From assembly GCF_009914755.1 (NCBI RefSeq), contig NC_060925.1: a stretch of DNA of 64,000 bases; one strand, 5' to 3'. A program made the position numbers and the translations under genes. Below the pieces are notes generated by a model. It was not told where the DNA came from and ran no database searches. It saw only the letters and a list, made by a program, of their open reading frames with translations. The stretch's first letter is position 1. Each line of letters opens with the position of its first letter. The DNA comes from the human T2T-CHM13v2.0 reference genome, Homo sapiens. Shown here piece by piece: positions 14,191-31,735 of the stretch.

Positions 14191-16129
14191 GGATTCTTGT
14201 GTGGGATCCAGGTTTTCGGTTGAGTTTTGGAAAGGTTAGATTGCAGAATCTGCAATTTCTAGGTAATTGACGTGTTCTGCTGTATTTTTCCCTTCTCGGA
14301 ATTCCTATCCGGCTTACCATCTGTTTTATGCGATCTTACGCTTAATTACAATTCTCCAACTATTGTTCTCCCATTGTTTTCTGTGTGCTCTGCTTCTCTT
14401 GCTGACAGCATGGGTTGGCTCCCTGAATGAATGAATGACTCATACCTGATTTCATTTCACTAGGCCTTGAAATAGAGTTGCCCGTGTGTCTGTCGCCCCC
14501 ACCTGACTGTGAACTTTGCAATGCTTCACCTGTTTCATCATTGGGCACCTCCTGGCAGCACCTGGCATTGTTCCCGGCACCTAGTAGGTGTCAGGAAATG
14601 TTTGTCGAATTTAATTAAACTTAACTAGAGTGAAAACCCCCTGAAGGAAGGAAAGGCCCATACCTCTTTATTTTCTCTGCTTCCCTCCCTGTGCGTGTCC
14701 CAAGGCTGGGTAAATCAGAACTGACAGCTTTTCCCAAGTGAGGCTCTAAGATTCTGGTTCCTGTCCTGCTGATTATGAGGAGGTTAGGGAAATAATAGCA
14801 GAAATCACAATAATAGCAAATTCCTACCATATGCTAAGCATTTTCATATGCATTAGCTAGTTTTGTCCTGCAAAAATGTCTGCCAAGTATTAATATTATT
14901 CCCATTTAGCAAATTGGGGGACTGAGGCTCACAGTTTTGGTGACTTGCCCAAGCACGTGGAGGTGGTGGTGACCGAGCTGAGATTCAGACCCAGGTGTGC
15001 CTGATGGCCCAGTCCCTGCCCCTTGCGATGCCCCACGGTGTCTGGGAGCAAGGGTTTTGACAAACCAGCCAGGGGCAGTGGGTGAGGAGAGAAGAGAGGT
15101 TGAGTGGGTGGGAGGGGTGGCCAACAAAAATAAGCCAACTTCCAGAAAGGATGGAAGGAAAGACTCCTGGCCACAAATAGCTGTCCAGCTGCCCCCATCC
15201 AAGTGTACGGTACCATCCTCCCCAGCTGAAATTCCCACTCTGTTTTCAGTCTCTTCCAAATGCAAGTCAGATGATGTCACTGCTCTCACTGAAAACCTTC
15301 AGTGGCTCCCCATTGCTCTCAGGATAAAGAAGAAAAACCCAAAACCTGTGCTTTAAAGATAAATCAGCCCTCTGGGGGCTAGGGCAGAGGAAGGGGGGAA
15401 AAGGCCCCAAAGTATAGCAGTTGCTGTTTTTTGTGATGTGAAGATACTCGCTGTGACAAGTTACAAACAGTTAACCGCTGGTTCATAAAATTCCTGAAAA
15501 TGTCACAACCTGCTCCAGCATGCCAGTTCAAGTCATAATCCCCCTGACAGCACACCACGTGCTCTGTGCCCTGCTCATATGCCCAGCCCCGCTGGGCACC
15601 GCATTCCCCCTGGCCTGCCCCGCTCTGTCCTGGCCAACCTACTGCGGGCTCTGGCACAAAAATAATCCAGGCATGGTGGCACACACCTGTGGTCCCAGCT
15701 ACTTGAGAGGCTGGGAATCTCAGGACTTGTTAAAACTCAAGGTGTTAAAACTCAAAGCTCCTTCTACCTGCCACGCTGTCTCCCACCCACTCTTGTGACC
15801 TCAGATCACGGCAGCAATGTGGCTGCTTCAGCAGCGTCTGCCCAGAACTCCCAGGCTCGGGCAGAGTCCCCTCAACACACTGATGCCTCCGGGGATCTGA
15901 TGCACTTCACACTTTGATCTGTGCTATCTCTTGATTCCTGTGTGTCTTCTACACTAAACTGTAAGCTCCAGGAGGGGAGGGCTCTTGTCTATATTCCCAG
16001 CAAGGACGTGTTCCTCACTGTAGTGGATACCAATGGCACCCCCTGGAGTTTGGCAACACCTGCCCTCCCCCACCCCCGGCACCCAGCATGGACGTGGCCC
16101 ATCTTAGGTCATCAGTGAACTCTTCCTGA

Positions 16130-16405
<276 letters not shown>

Positions 16406-17479
16406 TGACTCTGTCCCCATCTGCCTTGGTCTGATCCCGTTTACCCATTGGACTGGTCCAGGCATCCATGTGCCCCTGTTGCTACCCATCTCCCCATGCT
16501 GAGAACCCCCACTTCTCCTGGAGACAAAGTACTAGAACTTCACAGCAGGAGCAGCCTTTCGGGGAGCCCAAGACCCAGCATGCCTGACCCCAGTTATTGA
16601 GTCCCACGGAGACAAATGAAAGGGGGCCCCGAGAGGAAAAGGGGCTTGTCCCAAGTCACCATGGCACTCCTGACAGAGCTGGGTCTCAAGTCCGTGTCTC
16701 AAGCTCCAGGTTCACTGGCATTCCCAGGAGCCCACATGATCAGCAGGAAGCCCATCTGAAAGGAGGGACAGGATGGAAGGGCGAGAAGGAAGGGAGAAAG
16801 GGAGGGAAGAGAGAGGAAATTCCTTTTTGACCAACTTATTAGACCCAACATAGTTTCTTTGATATTTGTCAGTGCAGTTCACGAGATTTTTTATGACCTC
16901 TTGAAGGGGGTGGGGCAGGAGGTGCAGCGTCCAGAGAGCTGGGGTCCTGGCCCTGCTGTACTCACTGAACAACCATGAGCAGGAAATGCCCCCTCCCCAC
17001 TTCTGCCTCTGTTTCTGCAAGGAAGTTTAGGGGGCTGGACAATATTTGTTTTTCAGCTTTTTTAGTAGCACGAGGACCCTTTTGGTCTAAATGATATACA
17101 GGGAAGCCTCATATATATGACATTTAAAAGTGAAGAGAGGCCAAGTCACTCTCATTGCACCTGAAGCACCTCTGTAGAACCCGTAGGCTTCCATGAAACC
17201 CATTTGGAGAAAGTTTGGGCTACGTACCCTTTCAATTTTGACATTTTATAATACTTTGGGTCTTGATCCTGTGAGTTTCGCACAGTACTAGGATTTAGCA
17301 AGGTGTGGAGCTAGAGCAATGGGTACATAGGATTACAGTTCAAGACGGGAGCCAAATGGTTCCCCTCATTCCAGACCCAATTGTCTCCCAGGCATGGTCC
17401 AATTGTGCGGCCTTGGGAATCTAGGCCAGCCCTGCCTTGCGACCTGGGGCAGGGTGGTAAATGGGTCTGTAGAGGTCCA

Positions 17480-17935
17480 GGACAGGGCAGTAAGCAGGTG
17501 CACAGAGACACAGGTGGGGCAGCTGGCAGGGTCACAGGGATGCAGAGATACAGGTGAGGCAGTGGGCAGGGATGCAGAGACACAGGTGGGACAGCGGGCA
17601 AGGGCACAGAGACATAGGTGAGGCAGTGGGCAGGGGAGTAGAGACACAGGTGGGGCAGTGGGCAGGGGCACAGAGGCACAGGTGGGGCAGTGGACAGAGG
17701 TGCAGAGGCACAGATGGAGCAATGGGCAGGGGCACAGAAGCACAGGTGGGGCAGTGGGCAGAGGTGCCGAGACACAGGTGGGGTGATGGGCAGGGGAGTA
17801 GAGACACAGGTGAGGCGGTGGGTAGAGGTGCAGAGGCACAGGTGGGATTGTGGGCAGAGGAGTAGAGACACAGGTGGGGCACTGGGCAGGGGCACAGAGA
17901 CACAGGTGGGGTGGTGGGCAGGGGAACAGAGACAA
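17480..17935. repeat. G-rich minisatellite, 32-bp unit, ~14 copies
   Basis: CAGGTG recurs every 32 bp (17551, 17583, 17647, 17679 ... 17903); consensus about cacaggtggggcagtgggcaggggcacagaga. Confidence 0.95.
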
Positions 17936-19121
17936 GCCTCAGTCCCTAGGAAGTGGACCCAAAAAGGTAGCTTCAAAGCCAGTTGCTGAAAGCAGGACAT
18001 GACCCCAGATTTTCCCCTTTGGAGGCCATAGACAGGTCCAGTCTCCCTAAAATCAGGAAAGCTGTTTTTTTCTCACAGAGAAAAAGTCCTTTCCTGAAAG
18101 GCACAAAGAAAGGCTTTTCACAGCCCAGGGGCTGTAGGAAGACCCCTCCTACCCAGCCTGTCTGCCTGCCCCAACATTTGCGACACGGCAATAAAATATT
18201 CAGATATAGACATGCAAAAGAACCTCATCTCCCCAAATCCCAGGCATCTTATGTTTGCCTGAGACATCAGAACTTTAAAGTAATTCTTTGATATAAATTA
18301 CAAACCTGCATTTAAAGCACTTTTCAAAAAGAAAAAAGGAAAGAAGAAAATAAATGGGGGAAAAAAAACCAACGCAGGCTATCATGTGCAGAAGAGATTC
18401 TTTGTTGGCATTACAAACTCCGACAAAAATCCTACATTTCCTACCCCCATCCCCTCCCACCTCCTTCACCCCCCTGCAGTCCCTCCCTCCACACACTTTC
18501 CTTCCGCTCCCCCACCTGTGTCCCAGAGAGCTGCATCCCACTCTTCCCTCTCCCGCCCCCCTATCGATTTATTTATCAGATTTATTAAAAATACATCCAA
18601 TCCCCTCAGGAATCTGGGCACATGTACCAAAATAAAAAGACAGCAAATTAAATTAAATGCCGCCTCACAAAACTTGAGTTCCCCGTTAGCAGAGAAAGTG
18701 AGGAGATGTTTGCTCTCACCTCATCCCCGCACCTAGCTTCCTCCCACACATGCACCTGTTTTCTGCCTTCCATCTCCAAAACGCACACGCACAGAGATTC
18801 TTTCTTCCCTCATCCTCTCCCAACGTCTCACTTCATCCCCGGTGCCTTCCATTTTTCCCTCATCCCCAGGACCTCCCTGAGTGGGCATGGACCACACCCT
18901 TGGGCCCCAGGTGGTTGCCATGGTGTAGGCCGAAGTCCCCATTTCCCATGTGGTTCCACTGATGCACCCAACAGCCCCATGAAGCAGGTGTCTTATTCTT
19001 CTCTTGACAAGTGAAGAAACTGAGGCTCAAAAAACCTCATCAGTTGGTAAATGATGGGATTGGGCTAAGCCTCTGCCCCAAGGGCCTGCATGTGTTCCCA
19101 TTGTACCACACTGGCTCATAG

Positions 19122-20715
<1,594 letters not shown>

Positions 20716-21647
20716 AGGATATCACTCCGGCTTACACTTTTAAGTACAATGAAAACCCTGTCATCTGTGGGTATGTGGGAGGCAGGCAAAGAGGACACTG
20801 GCTGCCCAGAGACAGCTCAGCCCAAGAATCTAATCCATGTCCATGATCTGCACCTCTCCCCACAGAGCACCAACCCAGGGATCCCCAAAGCAGTTCCCTG
20901 GTAACTCACTCTCTTCCCCTTATACTGGTCCTCCCCACTGACTCAGGGCAGGGAAAGGGGAGATGTGGAATCTTCGTTGCTGAAAATATACAAGACTCAT
21001 CTCCAGTTGTTTGTATGGACTGGGTGGGCGAGGGCAGGGGATGGGCACGATGACCTGTGCTTGTCCTTTCCCCTATGTCCTTTGAACCTTGATTTGCAGC
21101 CCCCAGCAGCTCCTCCCTGAGCCCGAGATGCCTGGGCTCATACTCCAAAACTCCTGTAGTGTCAGGGGCTGCCTGGAGCAGTCCACAGCCTCTAACCCAG
21201 GCCACTCATGACCAAGGACTGAGAGCAGTAACTGACAAGAATTGGGACTGCAGCTTGTGTCAGGTGTTCTAGAGAGCTTCTGTTTCATCTGGACCATCAG
21301 AAAACCCAACACCTCCTCAGTATCAAATACCAAAGAAAAGGATTTCTTGTACGGATAGTATGTACTATGTGCCAGGAACATCTGCAAGGATTCTCATCCA
21401 ATCCTCACAAGCACAAGTTGGCTGTGTAGTCTCATTTTGCATATGAGCAAAACTGAGGCTCAAGTTGGTAGAGTACTTTGCCAAGTCGTTAACTTTGTAT
21501 GTAGCGGCGTTGAAATTTCAAGCCAAGTTTATTGGTGCCTTCTTCACTCACTACCATGCCAACCACTGAACTCACCAGCCCCAGGATGTGGTGTCTTGAC
21601 TGGTTATGGGACTGGTTCCCTGAAGACCCATTACAATGGACCTTTGA

Positions 21648-21963
<316 letters not shown>

Positions 21964-22284
21964 AGCCTTTTGATTTTCACAGGCCACCTGCCCATACAGA
22001 AACTAAAAATAAAGGCTAACATTTAGTGAGCACCTACTATATGCCACAGACTGTGGCCTCTCTTATATTAACCCAGTGAGACAGGCACCATTATTATCCC
22101 ATGTCACAGAGGAGGAAGCTGAGGCTCAGGGAAGTTAAGTTGCCCAAGGTGAGTGGGGGAGAATTCAAAGGCTCCAGAGTCTGCTCTAAGCCTCTCACTC
22201 TGCCTCCTCACGGCGTCCCTCTGTCACAGGTGCCCACTTCCTGGGTACTCTTTGTTCATCATTCCATAAAGATATCACAAGCAG

Positions 22285-22600
<316 letters not shown>

Positions 22601-23739
22601 AAAGATATTACAAGCATCACAAGGCCAGGCCCTGTACTAAGTGCTGGGATCTTCCCAACCCAGAGCCTGCTCCGACCCCTCTCTTGGTCCTCCTGCTTTT
22701 CCAGCCCTTCACTCCTCTCTCTGGACCCTCCATCCTTCCATGGCCTCTTCCTCCCCTGACAGAGCAGCCTCCACCCTTTACCTGGTTGCTTCATTTATGA
22801 AAGCCCCCTCCTGCCCCTCTTGTGGAAGCTCTGGCTTCCAGCGGGGTGGCACCCTTGCCCCACCCCACCAAGAATAAGGAGGAGAAAGATGAAAGGCCAG
22901 ATACAGACTTCAAGGCAGCTGGTGAAAAGTGAGCTTGTAGCTGACATCTTCTAGTGATGAGAGGGGGTGTGCCTCTGCTGGCCTGTGTGACCCCTATCAA
23001 CAGCACCCCAAACCACATTAAAGCACTTGCCTGCTCTGTCCTGGATCCCAGGCCCTCCCTTAACTGGAGCCGCCTCTGTGGGCACCCCCACTCATCATCA
23101 GAGCAAGAGAAAGAAGGGCCCACTCATAAGCAGTGGGCCTGGACAGGCAGGTCTGCACACACCGGGGGATTTGGGGCATGGGGGACACAGCAGGGCCACC
23201 AAGATGAAGGGCCCTAATTGGGTGGGTGAGTAAAGAGACACCTGGGCTGACTTCCTAGCCTCCCTCGACTGCTGAGTGAGAATTCAGACTTCTTAACGTC
23301 TCTGAGTCTCAGTTTTCTGACCTGATGAAGGGGGAGAATAGTAACTGCACAAATGTTTTGAGCACCTACTCAGAGCCAGGCTCTCTGCAAGATGCTTTCC
23401 TCACCAGGTCTCCTTTAAACCTGCAGTGAACCTGTGAGGCCGCTGAGAGTTGCTATCATATTATTCCCATCTGAGAGGTGAGGGACTCAGGTTTAGAGTA
23501 ACCTTTCTTAGGTCAGCCAGCCAAGGCTGTCTGGCCCCAGATCTCACATTCTTAACCACTGTGCTCTACAGCCCACCTGTCAGGGCTGTGGTGAGACGTC
23601 ACTGAGCCAGGGGATATGACCAGTGGAATGTGCCATGAGCCAAAGAGTCGTGAGTGTATGCACCTTGCACCATCAGGGCACCCTGCACTCTGGGTGAGAC
23701 AGTGGGACGGATTAGATGACCTCAGAGCACAAAATCCAA

Positions 23740-24310
23740 TCATTCAACAAGGATTTTGAAGATCAGGCCAACGAGGGTGGGATGTGTCTCCCTGCAATGA
23801 GCCTTCGCTCCTCCTCTTCCCTTGCAGGGATGCCCTCCGCAGCTGAAATGCCACCCCTCCAGGAAGATTTCTCTGACTCTCCCCCAACCCTTTGAGCTGT
23901 TTGTGCCTCTTCTCAGTTCTTGTCTCACCAGATTTGTACCTTTCTCGTAATCTGGACCACAGATGCCTGAGCGTCCTGGCACCCATCTCACTAAATGGCA
24001 ACCATGTCCTTCCCATTGATCAAACCAGAAGCCTTGCAGACCCCTCACCTTTTCCACTCTTCCCTCCTATCCCACATGCAAACCATCATTAAGCCCTGGC
24101 AGCTCAACTTCAGAATATATCCCAAATCTGCCACTCCTCACGGTCTCCTCTCCAAATACCCAACCCAAGCACCATCAGTTCAAGCCTGGGTTATTAGAGT
24201 AGCCTTCAAACTGATCGTTCTGCTTCCACTTTCACCCTATCCTATTTCCCACCCCGATTGATCTACTTAAAATATAAATCAGATCATGACACCCGCCCAA
24301 AACCTTCCTG
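23740..24310. mobile_element. L2 LINE fragment
   Basis: cttcagaatatatcccaaatctgccactcctca...aaatataaatcagatcatgacac. Confidence 0.65.
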
Positions 24311-25790
<1,480 letters not shown>

Positions 25791-26449
25791 TCTGCTCGAG
25801 TCCTCTACTCAGAGGGTCCTTCCTTGAACACTCTATCTAAAGCAGCCTCTTCCTCCTGGTTCCTTCCACCCCTTCTCTTGCTTTGTTTTCTTACATAACT
25901 CATTTCCACCTACAAGTATATTCTATATTTGCTTATTGTCTGAATCGCCCACAAGGTAGGAATTGAGATTTGGTTTTAGATGTAATGGCAGTCAGGTGAA
26001 CTGGCTTGAACAATTCATTCTTCATATATGTTTTAACTGTGATAAAATTTACATATTGGGAAATGCAGGTCCTTCAGTGCACAATTTGACAGATTTTAAT
26101 AAATGTGAATGCTGGTGTAACCACCACCTCAACCAAACTCTGCGCATTCCCATCACCCACTAGAATTTAAATGGCACATGGGCAGGGTCTTCTTTATCCG
26201 CCTAGTTCACAGAGTACAGGGCTCAGAACAACCCCAACATAGTTCTTAATAAACAACTGTTTAATAGTTAATTAATTAATGCTTTTCTAGGTTGTTGAGA
26301 AGATTAAGTAAGGCAGTGCATACAAAGTGCTTATAGTGACAGGCAGAGGAAATATTCAGGAAATATAAGCTACTGTTATTATTCATCATAGTATCCCCAA
26401 CAGTGACCGGGAATAGTGACCACCACAAATTAGGTGTACAATAAAGAAT

Positions 26450-26970
26450 TAGATGGATAGAGCAAATGAAGAAATGGATGGGTAAGCAAATTGGTAGGTT
26501 TATGGGTAGGCACTTGGATGGATTGTTGGATGTTTGAATAGATGAATGAATAAAATGAATGCTTGGATGGATGGAAGGATGGATGGATGGATGGATGGAT
26601 GGATGGATGGATGGATGTTTTGATGGATGGATGGATATTTGGATGGATGTTTGGAGGGATGGATGAATGGGTGGATGTTTGGATGGATGGATAGATGGAT
26701 GGATGGATGGATGGATGTTTGGATGGGTGGATGGAGGGATGGATGGATGAGTGTTTAGATGGGTGGATGGAGGGATGGATGGATGAGTGTTTAGATGGAT
26801 GAATGGATGGATGGATGAATGGATGTTTGGATAGATGTTTGGAGGGATGGATGAATAGATGGATGTTTGGAAGGATGGATATTTGGATGGATGGATGGAT
26901 GGATGGATGGATGGATGGATGGATGGGTGGATGGATGGATGGATGGATGGATGAGTGGGTGAATGGGTGA
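26450..26970. repeat. (GGAT)n tetranucleotide repeat
   Basis: Perfect and imperfect GGAT runs interrupted by gttt. Confidence 0.97.
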
Positions 26971-29900
26971 GTGATTGTCTTAGAAAGCATCCAGAATTCC
27001 TAGGGGAAACTTAGAGGAGCTTTTCCTTGAGATTCCACAGTACTATCCTTGCATCAGGATGCTCAGGACAGGTAAGGAAGGCAACTTATATGTCCAGGAT
27101 CTTTTTCATTCCCTGAGCAGATAGACATCACTTTACATTTCACATTGCAGTCTTATCTCCCTCCTCCATTGTCATTTTCAGAGTATTTCCTCAAGCAGGG
27201 TGGTAGCCTATTCTCCCCATTTACAAGTTAGAAAACTGAAGCCCAACAAGTTGAAATGACTCATCCAAGTCATGCAGCCAGAAAGTAGAGGGCTAGGTGT
27301 CAATCCTGGGTCTCTGGACTCCTGCTCTTTCTCTACGTCCAGGGCTTGAGAGGCAGGAAAGTCCGGAGACTAAGAGCATTCCTTTCGGGCACTCTCAGCC
27401 ATTGTGGTCTAGAAGCAGGCAAGGGGGTGTAGGTTTTGATTGTCTGGAGCTGCTAATGGGCCAGGCTCGGAGTGTCAGGAGGCTGAGGGTGGAAGGAGTG
27501 AGGAGGCTGACAGCAGCAGGCTTGGCTTCCAGAAGCAACATCTCAACACAGCAGTAAAAGAGGGAGTCAGGGACCATCGGCTGCAAACGCACTTGTCTAG
27601 TGGCAGCTGCCAGGATAGAGCTTGAAAGCAGCGAGGGAGGACCAGACCCCTCTTCTGCCCACCCTCTGTGCCCCTCAGGATCAGATGCACACAGGAGCCC
27701 AGGAGCCGGGGTGCCCTGGGTGGAAGAAGGCACCCATCTCTGCCCCACCTCCACCCTTGGGCTCTGAGACTCCCTCTGAAGCCCTATGTGCTATCACGTC
27801 TTGTTACTGGTACTTCCTATAGCATGACCTTGGACAAGCCACTGCCCCCCTGGAGGGCCAGTTCTATGACCTGCACAATGGGTTTCGTGATAACCTGCCT
27901 CGTAAGTACCAGAATGGTGTGACTGTCCTAAAATGCCTAAAATGGAGTCTAGCGCATGTTTGACACCTGAGAAAAGTTGGTTCCTTCTTCCCTTAGAACC
28001 AGCAGGCCCAGGCCCGGGCCTGAAGGAGTAAGGCAAGCCCTTTAGAAAGCAGGGCAGTGAGGAATCTAACCTAGAAGGGAAAGGTGTCTGCCCCTGCCCT
28101 CCAGGGCTCTAGCCTTCTCCAGGACCGGGATGCCCTTCAGCGCCCTCTCCTGGCTGCAGCCAACAATGCCGCCCCAGCAGCACCTGAAGAACGTAAAGAG
28201 CCCCCAAGATTACCCAGGGGCAGACTGCCCTAGGCCTGGTTTCCCATCTGCAAAACGATGTCTACAGCACTTGAGGGTTCATTTTAAAACCCAGAAACTT
28301 ACTTGGGCTCCCTGAGCCTTCATTTCCTTATGGCGACAATCTCAAAGGCTGGAAGGCTAAATGAGATTATGCATATGGCACTTCATGTAGGTCCTGGCTC
28401 TTAGGACTCGCTAAACAAATGTTAGCCATCAAACCTGCCACTGCCTGATGTTCCTAACGGCCCCGCGTGTTAGGCAAGGGGTATCATTGTTCCCATGGTG
28501 CACTTGGGAATGCGAAGGGGAGCCACTCATCCAAGGGCGCAAAGAACAGATTAGAACTCAGCTCGCAGGTATCCCAGGCCAGTGGCCCTTCCACACGACT
28601 GGCTGGCAGATGCAGCTGTAGAACCAGCCCTTCCCTTCCCAGCGATTCCCTCTCCTTGGTGCAAGCCCTGCTCTTCCCACGGATGCTTCCCTAGACCCAT
28701 GTGGCATTTCAGATGTCTTGCTTATGGTTTAATTAATAGTCCTTTGATTTCATTCTCAGAGAATGAAATTGGCAGTGCCTGGGAGGCCACCCACATCTGC
28801 CAACTGCTCTGATTTCCGTTCTAAGAGCTTTGCGTCAGAAAGAGAGGTCCGGGGACCAGCAAGGAAAGGTGGGGGTAATCCCAGGGCAGCCCCAGGGCCT
28901 CAGGACAAACCTTTTCCACCCTTAGAAGATGTTTACACAGAGTAGCACAAAGCATAGAGTACCAAACAAAACCCTCACCCCTTCCTCCGGCCCTGGAAAC
29001 TCAATGGGATCTGTCTCCCAACCCCCTTCCCTCCCTGACCTGCCTCTGTCCCATGCCCTGGCTGTTCCCTGTGCCTGGAATATGCCTCGTGAGCTTCACA
29101 GCTCAGCTTAAATGTCACCTCCTTGGAAGAGGCACCCTGACCACTATCTGAGGATTTCACCCACCAATTCTGAGCCCCCTCCCTTGGTCTAGTGATCTGC
29201 ATGGAGCACTGTCACTCTCATCCTGTTTTGCGTATGTGTTTGTTTGCTTATGAACTCTCACCCCTACTGAAGTGGGAGCTCCATGTCAGCAGGCACTGGG
29301 TCTTGTTCACCACCATATCCTCAGCTCTGCTCCAAATGGCTGGCTCCATAATTACTGTTGAGTGAGTGAGTGAGTGAATGAATGAATCTGGGGGAAAGAG
29401 TGCTGGCGAGAAGGTCAGGAAACATGGTTAACTGGCTCTGTGAGTGACCTTGGATAAGCCTCTACATTATCCGTGGAGCTCTGTTTGTCAGCTGAAATGA
29501 AGGGAACAGACCCAATGATCCCGAGTGGCTCCTCCATCCCTGATATTCTCAGGTGTCGTTCAGAGGATAGCCATGCCTTTGGGCATCTTGGCTTTCAAGC
29601 TCAGAGATACAAAGGGACTGAATAAGAGGTGATACAAGAAAGTGAGGAAGAGAGGCAGGGAGGCTGTGCACAAGGAAGGAGGTGGTCTTTCTTCCCACAC
29701 CATGTCCACCCCTACCCAGAGGTTCTAGAAAAATCCCACTGGGAAGATTAACCTGTTAGAAAGAGCACTGACTCAGGAGTAGGAGACCCGCACCTTGATC
29801 TTGGCTCTCCTCAAGGTGTGACCTTTGGCAAATCACTTCATGACCCTCTGAGGCCCAGTTAACTCAACTGGACAATGGGGCTGATGACACCAGAAACGCA

Positions 29901-30348
29901 CCTCCCAAGGGGGTAGCGTGGGTGGGAGTTGGGGGTACCTCAAGTCTGGCTGCTGGTGCAGGCTGCTCCCCCTCAGCAGCCTAGTAGCACGTGCCCCAGG
30001 TACGTTTCCCTCCCTGACCCCACTGTCCACTGGGCCTCTCTGATCTTGTCCCTCATGGCACTGGCTTGTACTTGTCTGTTGTTTGTCTTTCTTCCCCACT
30101 GATGTGTGAACCCCCCAAGAGCAGGAATCATGTCCTATATACACCCTTGACTCCCCAGGTCCTAGAGAGCATCTGATTCATTGCATGGGCTTAGGGAATA
30201 TGTCTGAATGAATGCAGCTGTGAATGAGTGAATGAATGAATGAGCACACTGAGCTTCTCACAGAAGCAGCTGATCCCAAGGATGTTGATTGCTAGACTAG
30301 AACTTTCTCTTCCATGTACCCTGTCCCTCCTTTCCTTACTCTCTCTGA

Positions 30349-30498
<150 letters not shown>

Positions 30499-30848
30499 TA
30501 GAGGCACCGACCCAGCACCAGCATTCCTGGCAGTCCTCTCTAACACTCTTCCTTCGATCCCCAGCCACATCCAGTGGGTTTCAGTTTCCCAATGTGTAAT
30601 TGGGAGAATCAGCTCCCATGAGGAATGGCAAAGAGGTGCATGCATGTTTCACACCTTCTAGAACTCAGAGTAAACCTAGCTCTTCAACGAGACATTCTCT
30701 TAAGTCCCAGACTCCTCCTCCTCCTGGAGTTCAGGGCAGCCACTCCTAACCCGTCGGATGAGAATGCTGTGCCACCCCTGGCCAGGCAGCCCCTGACCCC
30801 TTGCTGATCTGGCAGAATGGGCCCTCCTGTGACCCACCTCTCCCCTGA

Positions 30849-31136
<288 letters not shown>

Positions 31137-31453
31137 TAGGGGCCCAAAATTTTGGGCCTAAATCTCCCAAATTTGCCCTGAGAGGGTGCCCCACTGGGAG
31201 GCAGGGTCGCTCAGTGGTTACAACTATAAATCAGCTTCGGACTCAGAAAGAACCTTAGGCAAACTGCTTAACCTCTCTCACTTTCTCCATCTGCAAAATG
31301 GGGCTGATACTATCCAGCTCCCCTGAAGGTTGTGTGGCTGCACTGAGACAGTGCGTGTGATACCTCACAGCAGGTGCTGGGTAAAGGGCCATTCCTTCCC
31401 TGAGCTCTGAAGGCCATCCACCCTTTGGTTCTCTTTCTGTTTCTTTCCAACAG

Positions 31454-31492
31454 AAAACCCAAATATCCCAAGAGGAACGGAGGACTCTAATG
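31454..31492 (+). CDS. IGSF21: IGSF21 39-nt stalk exon (probably exon 9)
   Basis: ttctttccaacAG acceptor, consensus GTAAGT donor at 31493. Phase 1 to 1. (E)NPNIPRGTEDSN(G). Confidence 0.92.
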
Positions 31493-31735
31493 GTAAGTCT
31501 CTACCCTCAGGATTTTTTGCTTAAAAGGGAGTGGCTTTTGAGGCGCCAGAAAGCTCTGGTCCCCCAAACTTCCCATATGCACACCCTTGCCACTCCCTGA
31601 CACCTCAGGCAGGTCATTGCCCTCTAGTAGGGCAGAGTCAGGGTCCAAAGTGGGCAGAGGTGGGTACTGAGGCAATAAAAAGGGACTCAGCCTGCCAAAG
31701 CAGCCAGCTGAGATTTCCAGGGCCAACTCTGCCCC

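Noticed and set aside
17311-18000. Cys/Pro/His-rich ORFs resembling keratin-associated or metallothionein proteins
   Set aside because: Translations of the 32-bp minisatellite; open in many frames and the unit is not a multiple of 3.
26430-26990. HPSI-repeat ORF
   Set aside because: Translation of (ATCC)n.
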